DNA from: an uncultured bacterium
GTDB lineage: Bacteria; Bdellovibrionota_C; UBA2361; CALJRW01
Length of the DNA: 64,000 bases
Direction of reading: 5' to 3'
NCBI GenBank assembly: GCA_937976335.1
Contig: CALJRW010000025.1
Coordinates: 7,103-71,102, forward strand
Made by a program: the position numbers and the translations under genes
The notes under the pieces: generated by a model
Seen by the model: only the letters and a program-made list of their open reading frames with translations
Databases searched by the model: none
Told to the model about the DNA's origin: nothing
In this document: piece by piece, positions 48,046 through 58,400 of the stretch
Position numbering within the stretch: the stretch's first letter is position 1
Layout: the number at the start of each line of letters is the position of its first letter

Positions 48046-49401
48046 ATGACTTTAGAAAACGAAATTTATCAATTTGGCGAAAAAATTTTCAACTCAATAG
48101 GTCAAAATGCACCATCTGGCTTTGGCAAAAAAGGATTAGCTAGTAAGTTAATGCAATGGTCTATGACCAAACCTAGTTTAAAAACCAACCTCTTTAGATT
48201 AGTGGATGTTTTGCCAGCTTTAACAAATTCGGATGTTGTTGCAAAGCATGTCCATGAATATCTGGGAGAAGATCTAACAGAGCTTGGTCCAATGTTTAAG
48301 TTTGGAATGAAGTTAGCACCAGGATTGCCTTCAGTTACAAATATAGCAGTTAAAAAGTCAGTAAAAGAAATGGCTCAAATGTTTATAGTTGGAGAAACTC
48401 CTGAAATTGCCTTACCAAAATTAAAAAACCTAAAAAAAAATAAACTTGCCTTTACAGTAGATCTTTTAGGTGAATATTCAGTTAGTGAAGAAGAAGCTGA
48501 AATTTATCTTAAAAGATACTTACATGCTATAAAAGTTTTTGGAGAAGATACTGAGCTACAAGACACTAATAAACCAATCTTTAAAGGCCACCCTGGCTGC
48601 ATCTTCCCTAGTAATGTTTCTGTAAAACTAACTGCCCTTTATTCTCAATGCACTCCACTTAACTTTGCGAAAAGTGTTGAAGTATTAAGTAAAAGGCTTA
48701 GCACTATACTAAAGCTAGCAATGAAAAATAAGATTGGAGTTTACATTGATGCGGAAGATAGTGAACATAATCCAATTATTTATGAAACTATAAAGAAAGT
48801 TTATGGCAGTGAAGAATTTTTAGATTTTCCTTTTCCGGGACTTGTTATACAAGCATACGCAAAAGATAGCCTTGAACTAACTAAAGATATTCTTGATTTT
48901 GCAAAAAGAAGAGGAAAACCAGTAGCAATAAGATTAGTAAAAGGCGCCTACTGGGATTCTGAAACTGCTTCATCTGAACTGCATGGCTGGGAAAACCCCT
49001 TATTTATTAAAAAAGAAAAAACCGATGCAAACTATGAAAAAATAACAAAACTTTTGCTTGAAAATGTAGATATTTGTTTGCCTGCTATTGGTTCTCACAA
49101 TATCAGATCTCTATCTCATGCGTGTTGCTACGCTGAAAAAATTGGAGTGAGCAAAGATAAATTTGAACTTCAAATGCTCTACGGAATGGCAGACCCAATA
49201 GCTAAAGCTTTTGTTGGAGAAGGATATTTGGCTCGAATGTATGTGCCTCTTGGAGAAATGATCCCTGGCATGGGCTACCTTGTAAGAAGGTTACTTGAGA
49301 ACACTTCTAATGAATCTTTTCTTAGAAACACTTTTCACGACCAAAATGAAATTAAAAGTTTGTTAAAAAATCCTAGCGAGAATAATAATGAAATTGTTTA
49401 A
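48046..49401 (+). CDS. Proline dehydrogenase (stand-alone PutA-type FAD domain)
   Basis: TIM-barrel PRODH motifs (YIDAEDSEH, VIQAYAKDS, LVKGAYWDSE, LYGMADP, RMYVPLGE..YLVRRLLEN). 451 aa. Confidence 0.85.
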   Translation: MTLENEIYQFGEKIFNSIGQNAPSGFGKKGLASKLMQWSMTKPSLKTNLFRLVDVLPALTNSDVVAKHVHEYLGEDLTELGPMFKFGMKLAPGLPSVTNIAVKKSVKEMAQMFIVGETPEIALPKLKNLKKNKLAFTVDLLGEYSVSEEEAEIYLKRYLHAIKVFGEDTELQDTNKPIFKGHPGCIFPSNVSVKLTALYSQCTPLNFAKSVEVLSKRLSTILKLAMKNKIGVYIDAEDSEHNPIIYETIKKVYGSEEFLDFPFPGLVIQAYAKDSLELTKDILDFAKRRGKPVAIRLVKGAYWDSETASSELHGWENPLFIKKEKTDANYEKITKLLLENVDICLPAIGSHNIRSLSHACCYAEKIGVSKDKFELQMLYGMADPIAKAFVGEGYLARMYVPLGEMIPGMGYLVRRLLENTSNESFLRNTFHDQNEIKSLLKNPSENNNEIV

Positions 49402-50971
49402 TAATATAAGTCCAACAGATTTTTCTATTGCCTCTGAAAGAGAAAAATTTCAAAAAGCGATAGACACACTAAATCTTAAAATCTCTAAATCTTCATTTGA
49501 AGTGCATCCTATCATTAACGGCAGTGAAGAAAGTGTTGAAAAATCAATATCAAGAGAAAACCCGAATGATACATCTGAAAAAATTTGCCAAGTGCATCTT
49601 TCCGGAACAAAGGAATTAGAAAAAAGTATTGAGAAACTCAAGCAAGGCTTTTTGAGCTGGAAAAATGTAAATCTTAGCAATAGAGCAAATACACTAAGAA
49701 AAGTTGCAGACATAATGAATAAAAAAAGATTTGAACTATCTGCCATTATGACAAAAGAATCTGGCAAACCTTGGAAAGAAGCCGATGCTGACGTTGTGGA
49801 AGCTATAGATTTCTGTAATTACTATGCTTATCTTGCTGAAATAACTTTAGACCCTATTAACACTCAAATAAAAAAAGCTGAGCTGAACGAGTTAGTATAC
49901 ATACCTAGAGGCTTAGTTGCTGTTATTTCACCATGGAACTTCCCTCTAGCTATTCCCTGTGGAATGGTAGTTGCAGCCCTAGTGTCAGGAAATAGTGTAA
50001 TTTTTAAACCTGCAGAACAAAGCTCACTAATTGCAAAAGAATTTGTAAGTATTCTTCTTGAAGCTGGAATCCCTGAAAATGTTATTTCTTTTCTTCCCGG
50101 CTTAGGCTCTGAAATTGGAAATGCCATTGTAAAGCATCCAAGCATAGATATGATTACCTTTACTGGCTCCAAAGAAGTCGGATTAGATATAATATACGAA
50201 TCATCAGTAGTCAGACCAAACCAAAGAAATATTAAAAAAGTTATAGCTGAAATGGGTGGGAAAAATTGTATTATCGTTGATGAAGGAGCTGATATTGACG
50301 AAGCTGTTAAAGGAATACTCTATTCTGCTTTTGGATTCTCTGGCCAAAAATGCTCGGCTTGTTCGAGAGTTATAGGTGTTGGAGACATATATGAGAGACT
50401 AGTTGATAGACTAACAAGTGCAGCAAGCGATCTAATTGTTGGAAGGGCCGAAAACTCAGCATCTTTTCTTGGACCAGTTATTGATAAAGATAGTTTTGAA
50501 AGATTAAATAAATTTATAGAAAATTGTAATAAAGAATATGAAATTGGATATTCAACGATTGCTCCCTTAGGCGGTTACTTTATTGGGCCACATATTTATA
50601 AAAACGTTCCTGCTAATTCCAAACTTTGGCAAGAAGAGCTTTTTGGGCCAATTCTTGCCTCTCTTAAGTGCAATAGCTTTGCTGAAGCTATAGATGTTGC
50701 AAACGACTCCCCATATGCGCTCACAGGAGGCATATATTCAAGAAGCCCTAAGAGTATAAAATATGCTCGAGCGAACTTAGAAGTTGGCAATTTATATATT
50801 AACCGCCCTTGCACTGGAGCAATTGTGCAGCGCCAACCTTTCGGGGGCTATAAGCTCTCTGGAATTGGCGAAAAAGCGGGTGGCCCAAATTATCTCAAAC
50901 AATTTGTCTATGAAAGAGCTATTTCTGAAAATACTACAAGAAAAGGCTTTGTTCCTGGCTTAGCTGATTAG
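49388..50971 (+). CDS. Delta-1-pyrroline-5-carboxylate dehydrogenase (aldehyde dehydrogenase superfamily)
   Basis: ALDH motifs FTGSKEVG, EMGGKNCIIV (catalytic Glu) and GQKCSACSRV (catalytic Cys). Overlaps the PRODH gene by 14 nt. Confidence 0.88.
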   Translation: MKLFNNISPTDFSIASEREKFQKAIDTLNLKISKSSFEVHPIINGSEESVEKSISRENPNDTSEKICQVHLSGTKELEKSIEKLKQGFLSWKNVNLSNRANTLRKVADIMNKKRFELSAIMTKESGKPWKEADADVVEAIDFCNYYAYLAEITLDPINTQIKKAELNELVYIPRGLVAVISPWNFPLAIPCGMVVAALVSGNSVIFKPAEQSSLIAKEFVSILLEAGIPENVISFLPGLGSEIGNAIVKHPSIDMITFTGSKEVGLDIIYESSVVRPNQRNIKKVIAEMGGKNCIIVDEGADIDEAVKGILYSAFGFSGQKCSACSRVIGVGDIYERLVDRLTSAASDLIVGRAENSASFLGPVIDKDSFERLNKFIENCNKEYEIGYSTIAPLGGYFIGPHIYKNVPANSKLWQEELFGPILASLKCNSFAEAIDVANDSPYALTGGIYSRSPKSIKYARANLEVGNLYINRPCTGAIVQRQPFGGYKLSGIGEKAGGPNYLKQFVYERAISENTTRKGFVPGLAD

Positions 50972-51084
50972 CTTACATCATTAGTAAACTTTTTTAAAAA
51001 ATTGTCGATATTTTTGTCAGAACCTGAGTTCTGTCAAAACCTAAGTTTTGTTAAAAAACGTAACGATAATAAGGAGCTTCCAAA

Positions 51085-52389
51085 ATGAAAAGCTTAAATT
51101 TACTAACACTATTAATATTTGCAATATCCTCACAGTGCTTTTCTATAACATTAGAAACATGGGACGTACTTAGCTCTGATGGACGTACTTATCCTTACAA
51201 ATATGTAGATCTATCTTCTTCAATTGCAGAATATCCAAGTTTTTTAAAAACTAGAAACGACGCCGGCGATTTCTCAATTGGGGGAACTAGGTCCTTTAAA
51301 GGATATTTTGAATCAAATAGCTCGTCATCAGATCCAAATAGATTTCTCAATCTTGATATTGAACTCTTAAAAAATGGGGACAGAGGCTACTTATCACAGA
51401 GTGCAGGCTTACTAGCACATCAAAAAACTAAATTAAGCTTTGTTTACGATGGCGATAACTATCCAGGACTTACAAACTTTACTGGCTTAGGTTGTCTAAA
51501 TCTTTTTTCAGACAACTCAAATCAAATCGAAGCATTAGTTCACTCAGACAAGGATAATCTTACGATGAGAATAACTATCTTTGACGCTCGCGACCCTAGT
51601 GGTTCAACTTTTGTTTCATACGCCAATACCAAAAATTTTAATTCTCTTAATAGCATAAATTATGTCTTTCCTTTTTCTTCCTTCACTGGAACTGGAAATA
51701 TTAATGTTTTATCATGTGTAGGAGCCATTTTTATAGAAATTGACACACCTTTTGAATGGGGACACGATTGGGAAATAGAAAAGCTAACAACAAACGGATC
51801 ATGCACTCAAGTGCCACAAAAAGGAGAGTTAGTAGCTGACGATTGTGGCATCTGCAAAGGCAATAATTCAGATAAAGATCGATGTGGAGTATGCTATGGC
51901 AATGGATTAAGTTGCTGTAAAAATATCAAGCAAGAAGACGTACAACAAGAAATTGACAAAAGAGGGTATGACGGAGCAAAAGAAATTCAAAAACTATCTA
52001 ATCTAATAAAAAAAGTTGCAAGAGTACAAAAAAATAAAAAAATCCAGAAAAAACTTTTAAAACTAGCTTCTTATACTAAAAAAGAAAGCAAATTAGCAGC
52101 TTATGCAGCATGGCTTGCCATTTGGGCTTTTGAATCAGATACCTTAAATTGTGAAGATATTGACGGAACTTGCGTTACAACTGTCTTCTCAGAAGAAGAA
52201 GCAAATTATCTGACTGCCGTTGAACGTCTTAGTCAAGCAAAAAAATCAGCATATAAGGCAATTAAAAAATATGCTTCTAGAGCAATTAAGAAAAAAGCTA
52301 AAAAAATAGTCAAAAAGTTCAATGCTAATGAATCAGAAACTATTTTCTTATTTAACTCACTTATCAAAACTACAGAAGTTTGTAGTTAG
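51085..52389 (+). CDS. Secreted Cys-rich hypothetical protein with Lys/Ala-rich C-terminal tail
   Basis: Signal peptide MKSLNLLTLLIFAISSQCFS. Cys cluster DDCGICKGNNSDKDRCGVCYGNGLSCC. C-terminal KKAKKIVKK-type basic helix. Confidence 0.6.
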   Translation: MKSLNLLTLLIFAISSQCFSITLETWDVLSSDGRTYPYKYVDLSSSIAEYPSFLKTRNDAGDFSIGGTRSFKGYFESNSSSSDPNRFLNLDIELLKNGDRGYLSQSAGLLAHQKTKLSFVYDGDNYPGLTNFTGLGCLNLFSDNSNQIEALVHSDKDNLTMRITIFDARDPSGSTFVSYANTKNFNSLNSINYVFPFSSFTGTGNINVLSCVGAIFIEIDTPFEWGHDWEIEKLTTNGSCTQVPQKGELVADDCGICKGNNSDKDRCGVCYGNGLSCCKNIKQEDVQQEIDKRGYDGAKEIQKLSNLIKKVARVQKNKKIQKKLLKLASYTKKESKLAAYAAWLAIWAFESDTLNCEDIDGTCVTTVFSEEEANYLTAVERLSQAKKSAYKAIKKYASRAIKKKAKKIVKKFNANESETIFLFNSLIKTTEVCS

Positions 52390-52512
52390 AATTTCTTTAG
52401 TGAGCCTGTTAAAAAACATCCATATTTCTCACTAAAGAAATTCTACTACTCCACCGATTGATTAAAGTACTACGAATTTTTCGTAAATGTATTATGTTAA
52501 CTTATTAATATT

Positions 52513-54192
52513 ATGAACTTTTTTAAATCTGAAAAAAGAAAGAGAATATCAAAAAGTGCAGATTCTCATTTAATTGAAAATTTTTGCCAAATTGCCTTAG
52601 AGCACTCTAATAGCGATAAACTTCCATTTGAGATACTAATGGCTCTAAAAAAACACATTAATGCAAGTGACGTTTTTTACGTAAAAGAGAATGATGGGAT
52701 ATTCAGTTTAACACTAAATGTCACTGATCATCAATTTAATCTCTGGCTAAATTCAAACTCTTACAAGCAAATTCTAGAAAAAACCAATGAGAAAAAAAAT
52801 ATAATAGACGTTAATTTATTAAACGACAAAGAAAAAACAGTTTTTAACAAGCTTCATGTAGATCATTTATTTACTATCTCCTTAAACAGTAAAACTAAAA
52901 ACCCAAGTTATTTAATAATTTGTTTTGAAGAATATGATAATGCACTATTTGCAGAAAAAGAATTTAAAAATGATCTTTTTAAAAACACTATTGAACTAGC
53001 TCTACTTTCTGCTGAAAAAAGTTTAAAAATAAACCATACTAAACTTTTTGCTAAAAGAGCAGAAGAGGAAAATGTTAAAAAATCTAAGTTCATTGCTAAC
53101 ATGAGTCATGAACTAAGAACTCCCCTTACTGCAATCTTAGGTTACTCACAAGTATTGAGAGACGGTGCTTATGGTAATTTAAATGAAAAACAAATTAATG
53201 CTATCAATGCAGTCATTAAATCAAGCCAGCATTTAAAACAATTAATGGATGAAGTTCTAAGCATGGCTCGAGTTGAATCGGGCAAAGAAGTTGCAAAACC
53301 TGACGAAGTAATCATTTCAAATTTAATTGAACAAGTTAGAAATTTAATGCACCAACAAGTCATTACAAAAGGTGTAGTTTTAGAAATGCCGACTCTTAGT
53401 GAGCAAGTAAAAAATTCTAAAATATTTGCAGATCCGAAACATGCAAAACAAATATTAATTAATATTCTTTCAAATGCTATTAAATATACTCCAGAAGGAG
53501 GAACAATTACGCTTGAAGCAACTACAACAATGAAAGAAGCTAGTATCATAATAAGCGATACTGGAATTGGAATTTCTTCTGACAAACTTGAAACTCTTTT
53601 TGGTCGTTACGAAAGAGTTGACGATCCTTATTCCAATATTCAAGAAGGAACTGGAATTGGGCTTAATATTTCAAATAAACTTGCTAAATTGAACAATTCC
53701 ACTATCGAAGTAAAAAGCATAAAGAATGAAGGATCATGTTTTACAGTAACTTTTCCTTTAGTCAAAAAGGGCTTTAAAAGTGCAGCAATTGAATTTACAA
53801 GTGAGAATAAAAGTATAAACTTAGAGGGCACAAAAGTTTTAGTAATTGACGATAATGTCGACACCTGTACGGTCCTTGAGCACATTATTAAAGGTTCTGG
53901 TGGAGAAGTTCTTACTGTAAATTCAGTACATGATGCAAAAAAAATATTTAACGAAAACACACTTGATATGATTCTAACTGATCTTGCAATGCCTGGGGAA
54001 AATGGCATTGATTTTATTAACTTTGCAAGAAATTCTGATTCTAAAAATTCAAAAACACCTATTATGGTTTTAAGCGCTTGTGCATTTGAAAAAGATAAGA
54101 CTAATGCAATTGAAGCTGGAGCAAACTGCTTTTTACCAAAACCGTTTAAACCTCAGGAGATTCTTCGTATGGTTAGGAAATTGGTTAAATAA
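52513..54192 (+). CDS. Hybrid sensor histidine kinase/response regulator (cytoplasmic; HisKA-HATPase_c-REC)
   Basis: H-box MSHELRTPLTAILGYSQ. N/G boxes NILSNAIKYT, DTGIGIS, GTGIGLNIS. C-terminal receiver with D (ILTDLAMPGENG) and K (LPKPF). No TM segment. Confidence 0.85.
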   Translation: MNFFKSEKRKRISKSADSHLIENFCQIALEHSNSDKLPFEILMALKKHINASDVFYVKENDGIFSLTLNVTDHQFNLWLNSNSYKQILEKTNEKKNIIDVNLLNDKEKTVFNKLHVDHLFTISLNSKTKNPSYLIICFEEYDNALFAEKEFKNDLFKNTIELALLSAEKSLKINHTKLFAKRAEEENVKKSKFIANMSHELRTPLTAILGYSQVLRDGAYGNLNEKQINAINAVIKSSQHLKQLMDEVLSMARVESGKEVAKPDEVIISNLIEQVRNLMHQQVITKGVVLEMPTLSEQVKNSKIFADPKHAKQILINILSNAIKYTPEGGTITLEATTTMKEASIIISDTGIGISSDKLETLFGRYERVDDPYSNIQEGTGIGLNISNKLAKLNNSTIEVKSIKNEGSCFTVTFPLVKKGFKSAAIEFTSENKSINLEGTKVLVIDDNVDTCTVLEHIIKGSGGEVLTVNSVHDAKKIFNENTLDMILTDLAMPGENGIDFINFARNSDSKNSKTPIMVLSACAFEKDKTNAIEAGANCFLPKPFKPQEILRMVRKLVK

Positions 54193-54212
54193 GAAGAACT
54201 TGACCTAGACTA

Positions 54213-54950
54213 CTAAAACGTAAAATTTTGTAAATCTTCACCAATAATTATCCTACCTTTAAAACCCTTATTTTTCGCAGCAGATTGCAGTTTAGGCAAA
54301 TTAAGCTCAGCATAAATATGGGAACAACAAAGAGTGCCAACTTGAGTTTCGCTTGCAAGCTTAACTATTTCTTCAGGCGTAGGGTGACCTGCATCAATAA
54401 CAGCAAAATCTTTGTCTTTTAAAAAATCAACTTCATTTTGATGGAAGTAAGAATCTCCCGTAAGGGCAATTTGATTACCATTAAGGGTAAAAGATACTCC
54501 GTGATTACTAGCGGGCGGTAAAGAGGCAAAGGAAAAAGTTTTTCCGGCAATTTCATAACTTCCTTCTTTAATCTCATGAATTTTAATCTGTTGATGACTT
54601 ATAAGTGCTTCACTACCATAAAAATCAAGCATCTTATTAATAAAGTCTTGTAGCCCTTCTGGGCCCCAAATATGAAGGACTCGATTTTCTTCTCTAGGTT
54701 CTTGCCTAGACCACGCTCCTGATTGTAAAAAAGGTACTAAATCAGATACATGATCAGGATGAAAATGGGATATAATTATATTATTTATTTCATTATTTTT
54801 GATTTCTAATTCTGCCAATCTATCAAAAATACCATGCCCCATGTCAAAGACAATTTTTTCATTTTTTGTTGTAATTAAAACACTAGATGCTCTTCTATTA
54901 GCATTTAACTCACAAGTTCCGGTACCTAAAAGTGTAATTGATTCCATCAT
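54213..54950 (-). CDS. MBL-fold metallo-hydrolase
   Basis: HFHPDH motif (HxHxDH), downstream His/Asp ligands (TGDSYF, DAGHP). 245 aa. Confidence 0.8.
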   Translation of the reverse strand: MMESITLLGTGTCELNANRRASSVLITTKNEKIVFDMGHGIFDRLAELEIKNNEINNIIISHFHPDHVSDLVPFLQSGAWSRQEPREENRVLHIWGPEGLQDFINKMLDFYGSEALISHQQIKIHEIKEGSYEIAGKTFSFASLPPASNHGVSFTLNGNQIALTGDSYFHQNEVDFLKDKDFAVIDAGHPTPEEIVKLASETQVGTLCCSHIYAELNLPKLQSAAKNKGFKGRIIIGEDLQNFTF

Positions 54951-55030
54951 AACTAATTATAAAAGATAAGTTATCTTTAAGCAATAATAGTAAAATCAAT
55001 GTAGTCTTTATATACGATAGCCCAGTAAGA

Positions 55031-55232
55031 TATACTCAATGACATTTGGTTTTTCCGCTTTTAAGCGGGAAAACTAAATGATTTGTTGGGCGAGCAAAAT
55101 AATGGCGGAGCCATTTTTTGCCGTAATAAGCACTTATACTGCTCGAACAAAAAAAACTGAATTTATGCTATGCATAAATTTCAAGAAAAAAAACGGTAAA
55201 ACCAAATGTCGAGCAGTATATACTCAACGACA
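55031..55232 (-). repeat. MITE-A copy (full-length, inverted orientation relative to the other copies)
   Basis: The reverse complement of 55031-55232 reads TCGTTGAGTATATACTGCTCGACATTTGGTTTTACCG...GCTTAAAAGCGGAAAAACCAAATGTCATTGAGTAT, colinear with the other copies. The small + strand ORF 55078-55293 lies inside it and is rejected. Confidence 0.85.
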
Positions 55233-55343
55233 CTTACAACTTAAAAGCAGTTTTCTATTAATTATATCTCCTAGGTCGTTAAAATTTAATTAATAAGTCA
55301 AACTACGCTAGACTTTTATATTTACTCAAAATAAAGTAGTAAA

Positions 55344-56375
55344 ATGCAAAAAACTACTCGATTTGCTTTTATCTTATTTGGAATACTAACTACACTTCTA
55401 CTGCTTGAAGTTATTTTCAGGATAAGCAATTTAAATCATCAGCAAATAAAAAGCGATCGCCCAAGCTTTTACTACAAACACTGGGCCTCTCCCAGTATGA
55501 GAGATTTTATATACGATATTCAAAAACCTAAAAATACCTTCAGAGCTGCAATTATTGGCGATTCATTTACCTTTGGAAGCAGTATACAATTTGACGATAC
55601 TTACCCGAAACGAATAGAAAGAATGTTAAATCTTTCTCAAAATGAAATTTGGTCAGAATTTATGAATTTTGGCATTCCTGAGTATTCGCTCAAAGATAAA
55701 AAAGAATTAATATCTAAAGCCTTGAAGTATAACCCTGATTTACTTATCTTACAAATCAACCTTAATGACTTTTATTTAAATACAGACAATAAATCTACTC
55801 TTAAAGATAAAAATAAATTCTTAAAAGTAAACAAAACTGAAAATTTTTTAACTAAGAATTTCACTTTAGTTAACATAGCATCAAAAATATTAGATACTTA
55901 CAAAGCTCAAGCTACATACAAGAAGTTTTATTTAGATTTAGTAAGCAATGAAACTTCTTGGACGAACTTTAAAAACACTATAGCTTCAATACAAAAAAAT
56001 TGCGTTGAACAAAATAGACACTTTGCCGTTATCATGTTTCCTCTTTTTGGCTTTCCAATTGATAAAAATTATCCTTTTCTAAAAACTCATCTAAAAATTA
56101 AAAATTTCCTTACGAGCCAAAATATAAAAAACTTAGATCTTTTAGAAAAATTTAAAAATCTCTCTATCAAAGCGCTAAGAGTAAACTCTAATACTAACTT
56201 TCTTCCAAATGAAAGGGCTCATAGAATAGCTGCAGAAGAAGTATATCTCTGGCTTGAAAAAAATAAGCTCATTCTTCAAAAAATTAAATTGAAAGAAAAA
56301 TTTACTCAAAGAGTTAATATTAAGCCAAACAAGAATTTTCCTTCAAATATGCATTTCTCAAATTTAGAAAATTAA
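55344..56375 (+). CDS. SGNH/GDSL-family hydrolase (esterase/lipase-like)
   Basis: N-terminal TM/signal. Block I AIIGDSFTFGSS (GDSxxxG). 343 aa. Confidence 0.65.
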   Translation: MQKTTRFAFILFGILTTLLLLEVIFRISNLNHQQIKSDRPSFYYKHWASPSMRDFIYDIQKPKNTFRAAIIGDSFTFGSSIQFDDTYPKRIERMLNLSQNEIWSEFMNFGIPEYSLKDKKELISKALKYNPDLLILQINLNDFYLNTDNKSTLKDKNKFLKVNKTENFLTKNFTLVNIASKILDTYKAQATYKKFYLDLVSNETSWTNFKNTIASIQKNCVEQNRHFAVIMFPLFGFPIDKNYPFLKTHLKIKNFLTSQNIKNLDLLEKFKNLSIKALRVNSNTNFLPNERAHRIAAEEVYLWLEKNKLILQKIKLKEKFTQRVNIKPNKNFPSNMHFSNLEN

Positions 56376-56424
56376 ATTAGTAAAAGGTATTGGTAAAACA
56401 GATTCTAAGCTTTATAGTATTTGA

Positions 56425-57021
56425 ATGCAGGAATTTCTTCTTACACAAAAAGGTTTATGGCTATACTTAACTGCATTTTTTGCTCTACTAGGCGGCGCTT
56501 TTGGTCTGCCAATTCCTGAAGATTTACCACTAATTGGCTCTGGAATTGCAATACACAAAGGCTATGCAAATCCAATTTTAATTTTTTTAGTCTGCTATGT
56601 AGCTGTAGTCTTAGGTGATTTAATTCTATTTATGATGGGCAGAAGATTAGGGTCTGCTCTTTTTATGAAACGTTGGTTTCGTACAAGAATACCTCCTAAA
56701 AAAATTAGAAAACTCCAAAATAGCTTAGAAAAGAGAAGCTTTATTACTATTTTTATTGCTAGACATCTTTTTTATATAAGAAGCTTTACATTTCTGACTT
56801 GTGGAGCTGTAAAAATGAACTTAACTCAATTTATCATTAATGATTGCATTGCAGCCCTAATTAGCATTCCTATCATGATGAGTGTTGGATATTTGTTTTC
56901 CGAACACTACGAAGAAATTCTAAAAACTATAAAAGGTGCTGAATGGGTAATTGGCTTAGTTATAATTTTGGTAATTTTTGGTCTATATTTTTTTAAAAAA
57001 TATCGAAAGTCTAAAGTATAG
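56425..57021 (+). CDS. DedA/SNARE-associated family membrane protein
   Basis: 198 aa, 4-5 TM. The LIGSGIAI...GDLILFMMGRRLG pattern is typical of DedA (TVP38) proteins. Confidence 0.7.
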   Translation: MQEFLLTQKGLWLYLTAFFALLGGAFGLPIPEDLPLIGSGIAIHKGYANPILIFLVCYVAVVLGDLILFMMGRRLGSALFMKRWFRTRIPPKKIRKLQNSLEKRSFITIFIARHLFYIRSFTFLTCGAVKMNLTQFIINDCIAALISIPIMMSVGYLFSEHYEEILKTIKGAEWVIGLVIILVIFGLYFFKKYRKSKV

Positions 57022-57143
57022 TTTTTTTTATTTCTCTTATTTAAAGATTTCGTGTTTGAAAAATACTGGAATTGCTAATCTAAAGTTTTTAACGTTTCCT
57101 ATCTGCTTACTCTTTAACTACTTTTCTCAATTAATTTTCTCAA

Positions 57144-57506
57144 TTATTTTTTCAGGGATAGAACATAAGCATAAATGTTTGCAATATCTTCATCTGTCAC
57201 ATCAGCTTGTGCAGGCATAAGAGCATTCAAACCAACTGCGGCCCCACCCTCTTTTACTAACTTAGTAAATTTAGCTAAATCTGTAGCAAACTTAAATTCA
57301 TCTTTTTGAAAATTTCTTGGTTTCATTCCTTCAGGTAAAGCAGCTCCAACTGGACCATCTCCTGCTCCAGTTTCACCGTGACAGGTAACACATAGCTTTA
57401 CATATGAATCCTTACCTTTGGCTTTATCAGCCTCTGCTGACAAAGAACTGCTAGAAAATGTTAATAATAAAAGGGCCACTATTTTCAGTATTTTTTTCAT
57501 AAACAA
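57144..57506 (-). CDS. Small soluble c-type cytochrome (class I)
   Basis: Signal peptide. Heme-binding CVTCHG (CxxCH). Distal Met region NALMPAQ. 120 aa. Confidence 0.85.
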   Translation of the reverse strand: MFMKKILKIVALLLLTFSSSSLSAEADKAKGKDSYVKLCVTCHGETGAGDGPVGAALPEGMKPRNFQKDEFKFATDLAKFTKLVKEGGAAVGLNALMPAQADVTDEDIANIYAYVLSLKK

Positions 57507-57617
57507 AACCTAAACTATAGAAATAAATAGATCAAGAGCTAGGAAGAATGAATATTTTGTAATTTAGAACCAAAATATAATGTCTTGCATCTAACATTTA
57601 AGAAGACTAAAAAATTA

Positions 57618-57806
57618 GTCTTTATGGGTTTGTCGGAAAATAGAATTCGTCGCGAGAAAAAAGATTTTTGAGTTAAAGGTTGAAAAAATGAAAATAAAAA
57701 ACGCAGGCGTATCAGTAGGATACCTTGAGTATTTTTCTTTTCATTTTTTTAATCTTTAGCCAAAAAGCTTTTTTTGTAGCAGAATTCTATTTTCCGACAG
57801 ACCCTT
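57618..57806. repeat. Inverted-repeat-bounded ~190-bp element (MITE-like) with nested internal palindrome
   Basis: GGGTTTGTCGGAAAATAGAATTC ... GAATTCTATTTTCCGACAGACCC (23-nt arms, 1 mismatch). Internal GAAAAAATGAAAATAAAAA / TTTTTCTTTTCATTTTTTT. The 5' arm region AATAGAATTCGTCGCGAGAAAAAA recurs at 1125-1148. Confidence 0.75.
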
Positions 57807-57846
57807 TATGTCGGATTTATGAAGGTTAAAAAATCGAGAGGCGTTA

Positions 57847-58254
57847 ATGGACAAATATACATATCAAGAAGAAAGCGAGAAAGATGTAGAAAAATTTTTA
57901 TCAACTGCTATGGACTTAGATTTTGCAGGTCTTATCTGGGAACCTGAGATTGGGGATGAAGTTGCTCAAAGAAATGCACCTCAAAACATATCCATTTTAA
58001 TTGATCCTGAGGGAATGGCACTAGCTGAACTACGTTCAACATACGTATGGCTTCCAAATACAGAACAAATCATTGCTCAACTTGAAGCTAAGCAGGCTGT
58101 TCTTTTTCACGCTGGATTAGAGCTAGAAGATTCAACTACATGTTATAAAACTTTTATACAGACACCAATTGGCCCTATCCAATCAAAAGCTACAACCTTA
58201 AGAACTGCAATGGCGCTTTCATTGTTACAGGTTATTGCTGGCGGGGTGCATTAG
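57847..58254 (+). CDS. Hypothetical protein (135 aa)
   Basis: The ORF has a balanced, acidic composition. No motif recognised. RBS GAGAGG 7 nt upstream. Confidence 0.5.
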   Translation: MDKYTYQEESEKDVEKFLSTAMDLDFAGLIWEPEIGDEVAQRNAPQNISILIDPEGMALAELRSTYVWLPNTEQIIAQLEAKQAVLFHAGLELEDSTTCYKTFIQTPIGPIQSKATTLRTAMALSLLQVIAGGVH

Positions 58255-58365
58255 AATAAGAGTCCTTAGCTATTATTTACTAGAGTTAAAATTAGAAAGT
58301 TTGATCTGAAAAAATTTAATTTTAAATCTATATCAAAAAAAATTAAAATTAAATTATAAATTCAT

Positions 58366-58400
58366 TGACTAGAAAAAATAACACGTGTAGTATTACAATT
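58366..58400 (+). promoter_or_regulatory. Candidate sigma70-type promoter followed by a ~250-nt leader upstream of the 58648 operon
   Basis: TTGACT - 17 nt - TAGTAT. The downstream leader contains a GC-rich segment GGCGGCTCATACACGGCGCCATCGCGCTTAACGCGC that stands out from the AT-rich surroundings. Confidence 0.35.
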
